From NCBI GenBank assembly GCA_040753675.1, contig JBFMEB010000004.1:4288-68287 (forward strand): a DNA stretch of 64,000 nt, in the 5' to 3' direction. Under the pieces are notes generated by a model. It had not been told where the DNA came from and did no database searches. It saw nothing but the letters and a program-made list of their open reading frames with translations. Below are positions 39,429-48,494 of the stretch, piece after piece; within the stretch, counting starts at the first letter, position 1, and every line of letters begins with the position of its first letter. The position numbers and the translations under genes are program-made. The DNA comes from Candidatus Omnitrophota bacterium (GTDB lineage: Bacteria > Omnitrophota > Gorgyraeia > JAHJTE01).

Positions 39429-40550
39429 TCAATTATTGCCTAATAATGGTTTTGTTAAGGATAGCAAACATACCAGGCATATACCAAAAATAACGAAACC
39501 AAAATTAAAATTCCTCTGCATCAATAAGCCGCCTAAGCCTACTCCGATGCTGCCGGAGAGGAAACGTATACTGCTGTTTAGACTTGCCGCTTCATTTAAG
39601 AATTCTTTTGGCAAATCAGTAAGCAAAGTCGAGATACCAGCGTGATTAAAAGTCCAACCCAGACCCCAGACAATCATAATCAGCGCTAAAACAATAATAG
39701 GCCATTTAGCGGTTAGTAAAAATATGCTGATAGTCATTAAGATAAGGCCTAAATTTACAATTTTTAGCCGTCCAACAAAATCAGAAAACCAACCACCCAA
39801 TACTTCTCCAAATATTCCACTTAAGCTTACCGAGGTAATAAGCATGCTAATTGACAATTGGCTAAAGCTGTATCTAACTGAAAAATAAACTCCTAACCAT
39901 TGCTGCAAGCCATGATAAAACAAACTAATTAAAAATATGTAGGCGAAGATAAAGATTATTTTCTTGGCTTTAAAGAGTGTTAAATAATTAAACTTAAAAC
40001 CAATGGCAATTTCTTTAAAACTTGGGAGATAAAAATAAATATGTATCCAGAGAATAAAACCCAATATCGCCGGGATTAAAAAAATTAGCCGCCAAGGTAT
40101 AAAACCAGTTAAAAATAGTCCTACGAGTGAAGCCACAAATGTACTTGAAAAAAAAGTGCCCACTAGCTTACCCCTATTAGTATCTGAAGCATAATGGGAA
40201 ATCAATATAAGAACAAGAGGTATAACCGAGGCGCCAAATAAGCCCATAAAGAATCTGGCAATAAAGAGCATATTTAGATCTTGAGAAAGAGCAGCTATGA
40301 GATTTGCTAAGGAAAACAGGAAAAAACAAACTAATTCTATTTTTTTTGCATCAATTACTCTAACCAATGGACCGTAAAAAAGCGCAGCCAGGCCATAAGG
40401 AAGCATGTAAAGCCAAATTATATTGCCGGCAATAAACTGTGAAGTTTTGAATTCCTGAGAAATCGATGGAATCAAAGCTGAACAGGCGGCAACATTAAAA
40501 GAAAGAAGCGCACCCTCTAAACAAAGTATTATAAATGTGGTTTTCTTCAC
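39429..40550 (-). CDS. MFS transporter (candidate exporter)
   Basis: About 12 hydrophobic segments, GWFSDFVGR loop motif. Confidence 0.9.
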   Translation of the reverse strand: MKKTTFIILCLEGALLSFNVAACSALIPSISQEFKTSQFIAGNIIWLYMLPYGLAALFYGPLVRVIDAKKIELVCFFLFSLANLIAALSQDLNMLFIARFFMGLFGASVIPLVLILISHYASDTNRGKLVGTFFSSTFVASLVGLFLTGFIPWRLIFLIPAILGFILWIHIYFYLPSFKEIAIGFKFNYLTLFKAKKIIFIFAYIFLISLFYHGLQQWLGVYFSVRYSFSQLSISMLITSVSLSGIFGEVLGGWFSDFVGRLKIVNLGLILMTISIFLLTAKWPIIVLALIMIVWGLGWTFNHAGISTLLTDLPKEFLNEAASLNSSIRFLSGSIGVGLGGLLMQRNFNFGFVIFGICLVCLLSLTKPLLGNN

Positions 40551-40987
40551 TCGCCGGCTTCTTTTTCGATAACGGATTTAAAAATCTTTAAATTTTCCTG
40601 GGAATGCTTATTTATAAAACCCTCTATTTGGTTGTCATTGAATTTTGCTTTTTCATCCATCTGGAAATGCTGTATCCAAGTCATTTCTACGCCTTCCGGT
40701 TTAGGCGTATAAAGCCAGATAATCTTCATATATTTAAAAGGAAATTTTGGCTCTTCTCTTTCTGAATAAGTAAAATATTTTTCTTTAAAAAGCAGCCGCC
40801 AAGACTGCCAGGATTTATCCTCATCATCAGTCAGACGAAAGGTTATCTTGTTCCCTTCTTTTTTTAAAACCTCGGATTTTTTATATTCTCCACCAAATAA
40901 TTCTGTCCAGCGCGGTATATCATTAGATATATCAAAAACTTTATTGTAATCTGCATTGATGAGAATTGAATTACAGGTATGTCCCAT
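40547..40987 (-). CDS. SRPBCC/TcmN-like polyketide aromatase/cyclase
   Basis: HTCNSILINA..VFDISNDIPRWTELF.EY, SWQSWR, PFKYMKIIWLY, MTWIQHF resemble TcmN/WhiE-VI-type first-ring cyclases. Confidence 0.88.
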   Translation of the reverse strand: MGHTCNSILINADYNKVFDISNDIPRWTELFGGEYKKSEVLKKEGNKITFRLTDDEDKSWQSWRLLFKEKYFTYSEREEPKFPFKYMKIIWLYTPKPEGVEMTWIQHFQMDEKAKFNDNQIEGFINKHSQENLKIFKSVIEKEAGE

Positions 40988-41008
40988 GAATTTCTCCTTT
41001 CAGTAAAC

Positions 41009-41809
41009 TTATAAGATAGCGACCACCCTCGCCCAGCCAGCACCGGCATTTCTAATCTTTACCGGAAAGCAACTTACCTTAAATCCAAAGGCTACAGGTA
41101 TTTTATCCAGATTAGCCAATCTTTCAATATGCGCATATTCGCGCCTGCGTCCTAAAAAATGCGATGGCCAGAGAACAGATTTATTTTTGGTTTTTAGAAA
41201 TTCCGTAAACATATCCGGGCAAGGTCGATCAAGGCCCAAGGTATCAATACCTATCATTTTAATGCCAAAATCCAGAAGATATTCGATTGCTTCTGGTAAG
41301 ACGCCAACGTATTTATTCACATATTCAGGTTTTCCTATAAATTTATCAGCACCTGTATTAAATAAAATAATGTCTAGGGGCTTTAATTTATAATTAATTT
41401 TATTTAGCGCGTTAACCACATCTTTATGGTTAATAATCTCAGGATATTTTTTATACTTAAAATCCAAAACTACTCCATCGCAATAGCACCACTCTAACGG
41501 CAAATCATTTATATATTTAGAGGGTTTGCCTTCGGATTTGCTTCCATAGTGATATGGCGCATCAACATGGGTGCCCATATGTACTGAAGAATTTACAATC
41601 TCTAAAGAAAGGAGTTCCTCATCAGGAACATCACCCGGCGCTATTAATCTCTCGCCTCTTTTAAACTTTGCCTCAGATACCCTATCTTTACTCATCAGCA
41701 CCCAATTTAGATGTTCAACTCCCTGGCTGTGGCTTATCCGCTGGATATTCGCAGCATGAGTCTCATCTAAAGTATCGTCAATCGGCAGACTCAAGTCAAT
41801 TATTTGCAT
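41009..41809 (-). CDS. Cyclase family protein (kynurenine formamidase-like fold)
   Basis: IIDLSLPI, HMGTHVDAPYH, GIDTLGLD, HIERLANL, GAGWARVVA. Confidence 0.88.
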   Translation of the reverse strand: MQIIDLSLPIDDTLDETHAANIQRISHSQGVEHLNWVLMSKDRVSEAKFKRGERLIAPGDVPDEELLSLEIVNSSVHMGTHVDAPYHYGSKSEGKPSKYINDLPLEWCYCDGVVLDFKYKKYPEIINHKDVVNALNKINYKLKPLDIILFNTGADKFIGKPEYVNKYVGVLPEAIEYLLDFGIKMIGIDTLGLDRPCPDMFTEFLKTKNKSVLWPSHFLGRRREYAHIERLANLDKIPVAFGFKVSCFPVKIRNAGAGWARVVAIL

Positions 41810-42045
41810 TATGCACCTAATTTAAGATTAATAATCTTCTCGATATCATTAACACTCGAAAATTTTGTAACTTCTTTTGCGCTCAATTTAATATTAAATG
41901 CCTTCTCCAAAGCAATTACTGCCTCTACCATTTCCGTAGAATCAACGCCTAACCCAGACTCAAGGGCTATATCATCTTTTAATTCCTCAGGTCTAATCCT
42001 TAATAGTGTAATTAGGGTATCTTTTATTTTTGCTTTAGTATCCAT
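41809..42045 (-). CDS. Acyl carrier protein
   Basis: 78 aa, LGVDSTEMVE phosphopantetheine site. Confidence 0.93.
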   Translation of the reverse strand: MDTKAKIKDTLITLLRIRPEELKDDIALESGLGVDSTEMVEAVIALEKAFNIKLSAKEVTKFSSVNDIEKIINLKLGA

Positions 42046-42064
42046 ATATTTGTCTCCTTCAATA

Positions 42065-43525
42065 TCAGACGTGCACTTCGCCTTTTGTCGCGCCTGCCTC
42101 CCATTTGCCTACACCAGCCATAACATCCTGAAAACAAAGTTTGGCCAATATATCAAAATTACTTTCCATAATTCTGTTTATCCGGCCTGGCTTAGAATAA
42201 AATTCCCGCATGCACCAAGAACCTAACCTTCCTAATTCTTCGATAGATAAATGGTCAGTAGGAATAACCGGATGCAAAAAATCCCATTGGCTAAAATCTA
42301 TTTTCTTGGGATTAATCCAGTTTTTCTTCAGGCCTATTCTCCACATGGGAGAATTCGGTGCCGGTGTAACATAGCCAATCCAAAGGATGTCCGGGTCAAC
42401 CTCATCAGTAAACTCATATCTCTGTTTTATAATCTGTTCATTATCATAGTCGAAACCCATCATAATATCAGCAACAACTGCAATATCGTTTTTGCACAAA
42501 ATCTCAATTGTCTTTTTAATCTGGTCAATTGTGATACCCTTGGCGATTTTCTTTAATTCTTCCGGAGTGGTAACTTCTATTCCAAACACGCCGATAAAAA
42601 GCCCCGTCTCTTTCATAAGAGGCAATATGGACTCGCAATTAACCCAATCTATTGCCCTGCCCAAAGACACCCATTTAACCGGTATGCCCTTCTCTTTTTT
42701 TAATTCACAGAATTTCTTTACTCTCGCCGGGTCAACATTGAAATTATCATCCTGGATAACTACGACTTTAACTCCGTATTTTTTATGCAAAAGCTCTAGC
42801 TCTTCTATCACCCTTTCTGGCGACTTTGCCCGCCATTTAAGAAAGTCGGAAGGTGAACGCGGGTCATATTGGTCCCATTCATAGCAAAAAGTGCAGGCAG
42901 AAGGGCATCCCCGCGATGTTACCATATCTACAAATGGTTTCCAATGAGTATGGCCAACGTATTTATCCATAGGAAACAGATCATAGGCTGGCAAGGGCAG
43001 CTTATCCAGCTCTTCTAATAATGGCTTGTGCGGGCCCATAACAATCTTGCCGTTGATTCGGGAAGTAACTCCCGCTACATCTTTTAAATTTTCACTTTTA
43101 TCAATTGCATTAATCAAATCATAAAACGATTCTTCTTCACCCATAACCACAAAATCAACAGCTGGATTTTCTTCTAATGTAGGAACTGGCATTGCAGAAT
43201 ACCAGAGCCCGCCGAATATAATTTTAACCTTAGGCAGTACTTGTTTTATTCTGGGAGCTATTTCGTTAAAATGCCGCAAGACGCCGTAACCGCCGTAAGA
43301 ATGAAGCTGCTCGCCTAAAACAACTATATCCGGATTTTTCGCCTTTACTTTAGCAACCATTTCGTCCATAGGTATTTCCAACGCCTTGCCGTCTATAACC
43401 TCCACATCTTCATAGCCCTTCTCCCGTACAAAGCTCGCCCAGTGGGCGTACAATTGATTTGGAGCAACATGTTTTCCATGCGTTGCCCAAGAACCAACCT
43501 TAGGCATAACGAACAATATCTTCAT
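42065..43525 (-). CDS. Cobalamin-dependent radical SAM enzyme
   Basis: N-terminal B12-binding domain (NPDIVVL...IIFGG...DFVVMGEEE), SRGCPSACTFC, DDNF. Start placed after a GGAGG SD. Confidence 0.92.
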   Translation of the reverse strand: MKILFVMPKVGSWATHGKHVAPNQLYAHWASFVREKGYEDVEVIDGKALEIPMDEMVAKVKAKNPDIVVLGEQLHSYGGYGVLRHFNEIAPRIKQVLPKVKIIFGGLWYSAMPVPTLEENPAVDFVVMGEEESFYDLINAIDKSENLKDVAGVTSRINGKIVMGPHKPLLEELDKLPLPAYDLFPMDKYVGHTHWKPFVDMVTSRGCPSACTFCYEWDQYDPRSPSDFLKWRAKSPERVIEELELLHKKYGVKVVVIQDDNFNVDPARVKKFCELKKEKGIPVKWVSLGRAIDWVNCESILPLMKETGLFIGVFGIEVTTPEELKKIAKGITIDQIKKTIEILCKNDIAVVADIMMGFDYDNEQIIKQRYEFTDEVDPDILWIGYVTPAPNSPMWRIGLKKNWINPKKIDFSQWDFLHPVIPTDHLSIEELGRLGSWCMREFYSKPGRINRIMESNFDILAKLCFQDVMAGVGKWEAGATKGEVHV

Positions 43526-43658
43526 TTTAACCTCCCTCAATCGCTAAAACGCAAAATAAGTTATTACAATATCTAAAATAACACCGCTAAATCGCAAAAA
43601 TTTATTTTGCGTTCTCTGCTGACTAAATTATATTTCTTGTAGTTTTGCGTTTTTGCGG

Positions 43659-44888
43659 TCATGCTTTCTCCACTACCAATACTGAATTAATCCCGCCTCT
43701 GCCACGAGAAATTATCAACGCCTTATTTATCTTATAATCAATTGCTTCTCTCTTGATATAATTTAGACCTGCTTGAACCGGTTCTGCCAAATTTATAGTA
43801 GGCGCCACTACACTATGTTCCATAGAAAGAATGGTAATTATCAAATCAACAGCACCTGATGCGCCAAGCAGATTGCCAAACATTGATTTAGGGCAACTTA
43901 TAGGTATATCTTTAACTCTTTTGCCAAAAACATTTTTTATTGCTTCTAATTCTGAGTTATCCCAAATGTCTAATGCCAAACCATCCAAGCTTATATAATC
44001 TATTTTATCAGGTTCAACTTTCGCATCTATTAGTGCCATTTTAATAGACCTTGCCAATTCTTTACCGTCTGGGGATGGGTTAATCCTATCAGCTCCATCA
44101 CAGGTAGTGCCATAACCGCTGATAAAACCCCAAATATTGGCGCCTCTCGCTTTTGCACGGTTAATAGACTCCATAACAACAATGCCTGCGCCCTCTCCTA
44201 TAACACATCCGTCGCGCTTATTATCAAAAGGCCTGTATGCGCTTTGCGGGTTAAGATTATTTTTAGAAAGCGCGCCGTAACTATTGCAACATAAAAGCGC
44301 GTAAGGAGTAACCGGGGCCTCCATGCCGCCGGCTAAAATCATATTAAGTTTATTCTTGCTCAAAACCTTACGGGCATAGCCAATTGCCATTAAAGAACTT
44401 GCCCGGTCAGCAACAACTGTCTTACTAAATCCTTTTATACCATAATAAATAGAAACCTGGCCTTGCGGCGCAGCCGGAAACCAGGCCGAGGCCATATAAG
44501 GAGAAACGCCATTGCGGCCCTCAAGATATAAATCGCGCAACTCTGTTTCTGCATACATCCACCCGCCTAAGGCATTACCTAAGAAAATTCCTATGAGATT
44601 AGGATCTTCATTTTTAATGTCAATACCTGCATCTTCTAAGGCAAGCTCTGAGGCAATAAGAGCCATATGAGAAAATGCGTCTATTTTTTTTAGAAGGCGT
44701 TCTGAGATATTAGAATATTTTTCCAAATCGTCAATCTGGCCGGCTATATGCGAAGGGTATTTACTTGACTCGAAACGGGTAATTTCTTTTATAAAAGACC
44801 TTCCCGCTTTTATATTTGCCCAAAACTGGCGCTTACCAATACCAGAAGGCGCAACCACGCCAATGCCTGTAACAGCGATTTTCTTCAT
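43659..44888 (-). CDS. Type II PKS chain-length factor (KS-beta)
   Basis: KS fold without the catalytic Cys; VSPYMASAWFPAAPQGQVSI and VVADRASSL align with CLF VSxYxSFAWF...GQISI and xAEQAGGL. Confidence 0.85.
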   Translation of the reverse strand: MKKIAVTGIGVVAPSGIGKRQFWANIKAGRSFIKEITRFESSKYPSHIAGQIDDLEKYSNISERLLKKIDAFSHMALIASELALEDAGIDIKNEDPNLIGIFLGNALGGWMYAETELRDLYLEGRNGVSPYMASAWFPAAPQGQVSIYYGIKGFSKTVVADRASSLMAIGYARKVLSKNKLNMILAGGMEAPVTPYALLCCNSYGALSKNNLNPQSAYRPFDNKRDGCVIGEGAGIVVMESINRAKARGANIWGFISGYGTTCDGADRINPSPDGKELARSIKMALIDAKVEPDKIDYISLDGLALDIWDNSELEAIKNVFGKRVKDIPISCPKSMFGNLLGASGAVDLIITILSMEHSVVAPTINLAEPVQAGLNYIKREAIDYKINKALIISRGRGGINSVLVVEKA

Positions 44889-44897
44889 ATTAAATGG

Positions 44898-45032
44898 TTA
44901 AACTCTAAACTCAAAACTCTAAATCCTAAATAAACCCAAAAGCAAAAATAAAAATGTCCAAAATAGCATTTTTGAGTTTTATGTTTTAGGTTTTGGATTT
45001 GTTTAGAGTTTAGGATTTGTGATTTAGGATTT
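44898..45032. repeat. Heptamer array with inverted counterpart between KS-alpha and CLF
   Basis: aactcta/aactcaa/aatccta units, then tagagtt/taggatt units. Confidence 0.75.
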
Positions 45033-45040
45033 AATTTCAT

Positions 45041-46303
45041 TCATCCACCGTATCTCCTCATCACCAATGATGAATGTATTCCCGAAAATCCACTTGAGGT
45101 TTTGAGAATTGTATTTACTTTCTTCTCTCTCGCCACATTTGGAATATAATCTAAATCGCAAAGAGGGTCTTTTTCTTCCTGATTTATTGTGGGAGGCAGA
45201 ATATTTTCCTTAAAAATCATAGAACATACTGTCAACTCTACTGCATTTGCCGCAGCCAAAGGATGGCCAATCATAGATTTAAGCGAGCTAATAGGCAATT
45301 TATAAGCATAATCGCCAAAAACCGTCTTGTAAGCATTTGTTTCAAATATATCATTCATGCGAGTAGAAGAACCATGGGCATTAATATAATCTATATCTTT
45401 AGGCCTGAACCTCGCATCTTCCAAAGCCAAGCGTATGCAATTTGTCATTGCTGTCCCGTCTTGCGGAAGATCGGTCATATGAAAGGCATTACAACTTGTG
45501 CCAAAACCAAGAACCTCGCAATAAATACGAGCTGAACGCTTTAATGCATGATTTAATTCCTCTAGCACTAATATGCCTGCGCCCTCAGATAAGACAAAAC
45601 CATCGCGCTTATTATCAAAAGGCCGGCTTGCTGCAGCTGGATTATCATTACGAACAGATAAAACATTAACCACATCAAACGCGCCAAAGGTAATTGGTGT
45701 AATTGGCGCTTCAGCTGCGCCGCTAATCATAACATCTTGTTCTCCATCCTGAATTGTCTCAAAAGCAAAACCAATAGAATCTGTACCAGCAGTGCAACCA
45801 GTAGACAATGTATTGCATATCCCTTTTAAACCATATTTGGCGCTAATCTCGATAGACGGAGTATTAAACATTGCTGCATCGTATAAATCAGGCCTTGCTT
45901 TCCCTGGATCGATGGCTTTCTTACCGTCTTCCGTCACTAATGCAAATTCCTCTTCCATATATTTTGTTCCGCAAATAGCATTAGCAAGGCAGACGCCGAT
46001 GCGCTGATGGTCTTCTTTAGAAAAGTCTAAGCCGCTATCCTTTATTGCCATCTCACCTGCCAGGACAGCAAACTGCACATATCTATCCATACGCATAACA
46101 TCATCGTGACTAAGGCCTAATTTAAACGGATCAAAATCCCTGACCTCTGCGGCAATTTTGGTATTAAATACAGAAACGTCAAAGCCATCAACTAATTCAA
46201 TCCCTGATTTACCTTTAATCATCGCGTTATAAACATTTTCCTTGCCTATGCCGTTTGGGGATATGACGCCGATACCAGTAATTACCACTCTTCGTTTTTT
46301 CAT
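45041..46303 (-). CDS. Type II PKS ketosynthase alpha
   Basis: STGCTAGTDSIG active site (cf. actinomycete STGCTSGLD), NAHGSSTRMND, SSLKSMIGH, CDLDYIPN.AR. Confidence 0.92.
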   Translation of the reverse strand: MKKRRVVITGIGVISPNGIGKENVYNAMIKGKSGIELVDGFDVSVFNTKIAAEVRDFDPFKLGLSHDDVMRMDRYVQFAVLAGEMAIKDSGLDFSKEDHQRIGVCLANAICGTKYMEEEFALVTEDGKKAIDPGKARPDLYDAAMFNTPSIEISAKYGLKGICNTLSTGCTAGTDSIGFAFETIQDGEQDVMISGAAEAPITPITFGAFDVVNVLSVRNDNPAAASRPFDNKRDGFVLSEGAGILVLEELNHALKRSARIYCEVLGFGTSCNAFHMTDLPQDGTAMTNCIRLALEDARFRPKDIDYINAHGSSTRMNDIFETNAYKTVFGDYAYKLPISSLKSMIGHPLAAANAVELTVCSMIFKENILPPTINQEEKDPLCDLDYIPNVAREKKVNTILKTSSGFSGIHSSLVMRRYGG

Positions 46304-46308
46304 ATTAA

Positions 46309-46899
46309 TCAATCTTCTACCCTTGTTACTTTAAAAACTATATTCCCTCCGTCTGGACAGGTAACTGTATCGATTGAGTCAGGGTCACTCATAAAGAAAA
46401 ATTTTGCGCCGAAATTAAGCGCAAAAAGCGCCGGGAACGCTGTATGGAATGCAGCTCCGCAAAAGTTAGGTATACACTTGAGGCCTTGAGTTTCCCATTT
46501 ATCTCCTACCTGGTAACCAAAGGTGCATTTGCCTTTTGCTTTAACCACCTCAATAAGCATCTTCTTAGGTTTGGGACCCTTGAAATTTTCATCTTTGGGA
46601 ATAAATTCGACTTTGCCATTTTTATCCAAAATTTCTGCCTTAAACTCTAATTTTCCACCGTCAGGGCAAGTAACCAATAAAGAACGCTGATTATCCCGAA
46701 AGGGGAATTTTGCGCCAAAACTTAAGGCATATATAACCGGAAAAAGAGCATGGGCGAGTCCTAAGCAAAAATGTTTTGGAGGATGAGTAAAATCTTCCAA
46801 AATTAACTCATCGCCTTTCTTATATCCGTGATAACAATGACCAGCAACTTCGTTTACAGTAAGTTTTAACTTTGGAAATGGTGAATTAATCTCGCTCAT
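46309..46899 (-). CDS. Tandem TIGR04076-like Cys-rich domain protein
   Basis: Two repeats of GxC.xG...GD...FC..A.HxxFP...ALxFGAKF...VTCPDGG. Confidence 0.75.
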   Translation of the reverse strand: MSEINSPFPKLKLTVNEVAGHCYHGYKKGDELILEDFTHPPKHFCLGLAHALFPVIYALSFGAKFPFRDNQRSLLVTCPDGGKLEFKAEILDKNGKVEFIPKDENFKGPKPKKMLIEVVKAKGKCTFGYQVGDKWETQGLKCIPNFCGAAFHTAFPALFALNFGAKFFFMSDPDSIDTVTCPDGGNIVFKVTRVED

Positions 46900-46900
46900 A

Positions 46901-47905
46901 TTAATTAAATAACTCCTTTGTGTTATTAATCAATTCTTCTTTAGTAAAAAATTTATTTTTTCGTTCAACTTCATGAACCATATCAACTAATTTCTTATTT
47001 AAGAATGCATTAATATTATTTTCCTCTGCAATTCTTACAAATTCACCATTTATATAATCTATTTCTGAAAGCCTGCCCCGTTTAATGCTCTGCAATATTG
47101 AGCCATACAATGGTTCCTTGCTTAAATTAGCCATAATAGAAGAAAATATCTTGGCTGCTTCTAGATTAGAGAGAGAAGTTAATTTAGTCAATCTTTCTAA
47201 CGGAAAATCAGGCAATGAAACTAAATTTATGCCGGCTTTATTGATAACTTTAAGCCCTTCTTTCCATATTGCAATACTTATGCGGCTAATCTCAATATCA
47301 GAAAAGGCCTCTTGCATACTCACGCCTAATATTGCGCTTATACAGTTATTTGCATTTACAAACATTTTCAAATACTTCATTCCTTTTATGTTATCAGAAA
47401 CAATTACCGGAAAAATTTTATTTAGGATTCTACTAATTTCTGTTACTATTTCGTCATTTTTATTAAAAGTCCTGCCGATTATCCAACTACCTTCAAAATT
47501 ATGCACTACCTTAGCCGGCTCTAAATACGTAGAGCCAAACATAACAATACTTGAGATAATATTATCTTTGGAGATATATTTTGCAACTATTGTTTCTGCC
47601 TGAATGCCGTTCTGGGTTGTCAATATAAGCGTATCTTTAATCAGATTTATATTTTCTTTTAATGCTGTCTCTATATCCTGTGTCTTAGTTGCCAAAATTA
47701 TTAAATCAGGCCTGTGGTTTAATTTTTCATAAGCCTCTATTCCTATTTTAAAATCTCCCTTTACTCCTGAGATCTCTAAGCCCTTTTCTTTTATTGCCTT
47801 AACTGAACTCTTATGGCCGACTAAAGATATCTCTTCGCCCTTAGATTTTAAATATCCAGCTACAAGACAACCAATTGCTCCAGCTCCAATTACTGCTATT
47901 TTCAT
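46901..47905 (-). CDS. Ketopantoate reductase (ApbA/PanE) family oxidoreductase
   Basis: GAGAIG, TTQNG, SILQSIKRGRLSEIDYINGEFV. Confidence 0.88.
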   Translation of the reverse strand: MKIAVIGAGAIGCLVAGYLKSKGEEISLVGHKSSVKAIKEKGLEISGVKGDFKIGIEAYEKLNHRPDLIILATKTQDIETALKENINLIKDTLILTTQNGIQAETIVAKYISKDNIISSIVMFGSTYLEPAKVVHNFEGSWIIGRTFNKNDEIVTEISRILNKIFPVIVSDNIKGMKYLKMFVNANNCISAILGVSMQEAFSDIEISRISIAIWKEGLKVINKAGINLVSLPDFPLERLTKLTSLSNLEAAKIFSSIMANLSKEPLYGSILQSIKRGRLSEIDYINGEFVRIAEENNINAFLNKKLVDMVHEVERKNKFFTKEELINNTKELFN

Positions 47906-47911
47906 ATTAAA

Positions 47912-48183
47912 TGAGCAGATAATTTATGGAACGTAAGTGACATAAATTATAGCCCCGCCCTTTTATTAATCCATATTTAGACGAACCCAGCCCAAAAGGG
48001 CGGGGCGTCTGCGAATTTAACCCAGCACTTATTTTACTAAAAAGCTGGGTAATAAAAATTAAGATTTTATTCAAAGAAAATTTATTTTATTTCAAATTAA
48101 AGCCTGGCAATAAAATAAGTGCTGGGTAAGTTCAGCCATACAACTTATGTCGTTCTTACGAACTTCCATAAGTTGTGGCTTCA
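47912..48183. mobile_element. Composite miniature inverted-repeat element, copy 3 (inner cassette 48020-48127)
   Basis: Same outer ends as copies 1 and 2; inner cassette is the reverse of copy 2; extra GCCCCGCCCTTTT...AAAAGGGCGGGGC hairpin. Confidence 0.75.
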
Positions 48184-48438
48184 CTTAGGAAAGCCATACT
48201 TTTTATAATCAAAACCTGTCTGCTCTAAGAGCCGAACCATCATGCTATAAAATGGGGACGGCACGTCTGAAAAAAATGCGCTTATAACATCCAATTCTTC
48301 AACTAAAGAAGAATTCCTAAGCCTCGCATTTTCTTCTGCCCTTTTAGTAACAACCTGCTCAGTAATGTGCCGATGGAAAACAGGAATCTTTGAAATCATC
48401 AGTTTGAGCTTTTCTTGAGTTTTGCTTTCCCAGTCCAT
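48181..48438 (-). CDS. Small PCP_red-like protein (BchB C-terminal-like domain)
   Basis: MDWE...KIPVFHR...RAEENAR pattern; AGAGGA SD. Confidence 0.65.
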   Translation of the reverse strand: MDWESKTQEKLKLMISKIPVFHRHITEQVVTKRAEENARLRNSSLVEELDVISAFFSDVPSPFYSMMVRLLEQTGFDYKKYGFPK

Positions 48439-48453
48439 AGGCCTATCCTCTTT

Positions 48454-48494
48454 AAAATATAGTAAAATTTTACTATATTTTCCTATTTAGTCAA
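48454..48494 (-). promoter_or_regulatory. Cluster promoter overlapped by a 28-bp perfect palindrome (putative PadR operator)
   Basis: AAAATATAGTAAAATTTTACTATATTTT (48454-48481) overlaps TTGACT-16-TAAAAT. Confidence 0.75.

Noticed and set aside
40864-41049. 61-aa minus-strand ORF as a precursor peptide for the radical SAM enzyme
   Set aside because: Alternate frame overlapping both cyclase genes; no SD or RiPP features.
43659-46303. KS pair as ordinary FabF duplicates or an aryl polyene/ladderane system
   Set aside because: The TGCTAG active site, Cys-less partner with AWF...GQ motif and TcmN-like cyclase fit aromatic type II PKS better, and no dehydratases are present. Phylogeny is still needed to confirm.
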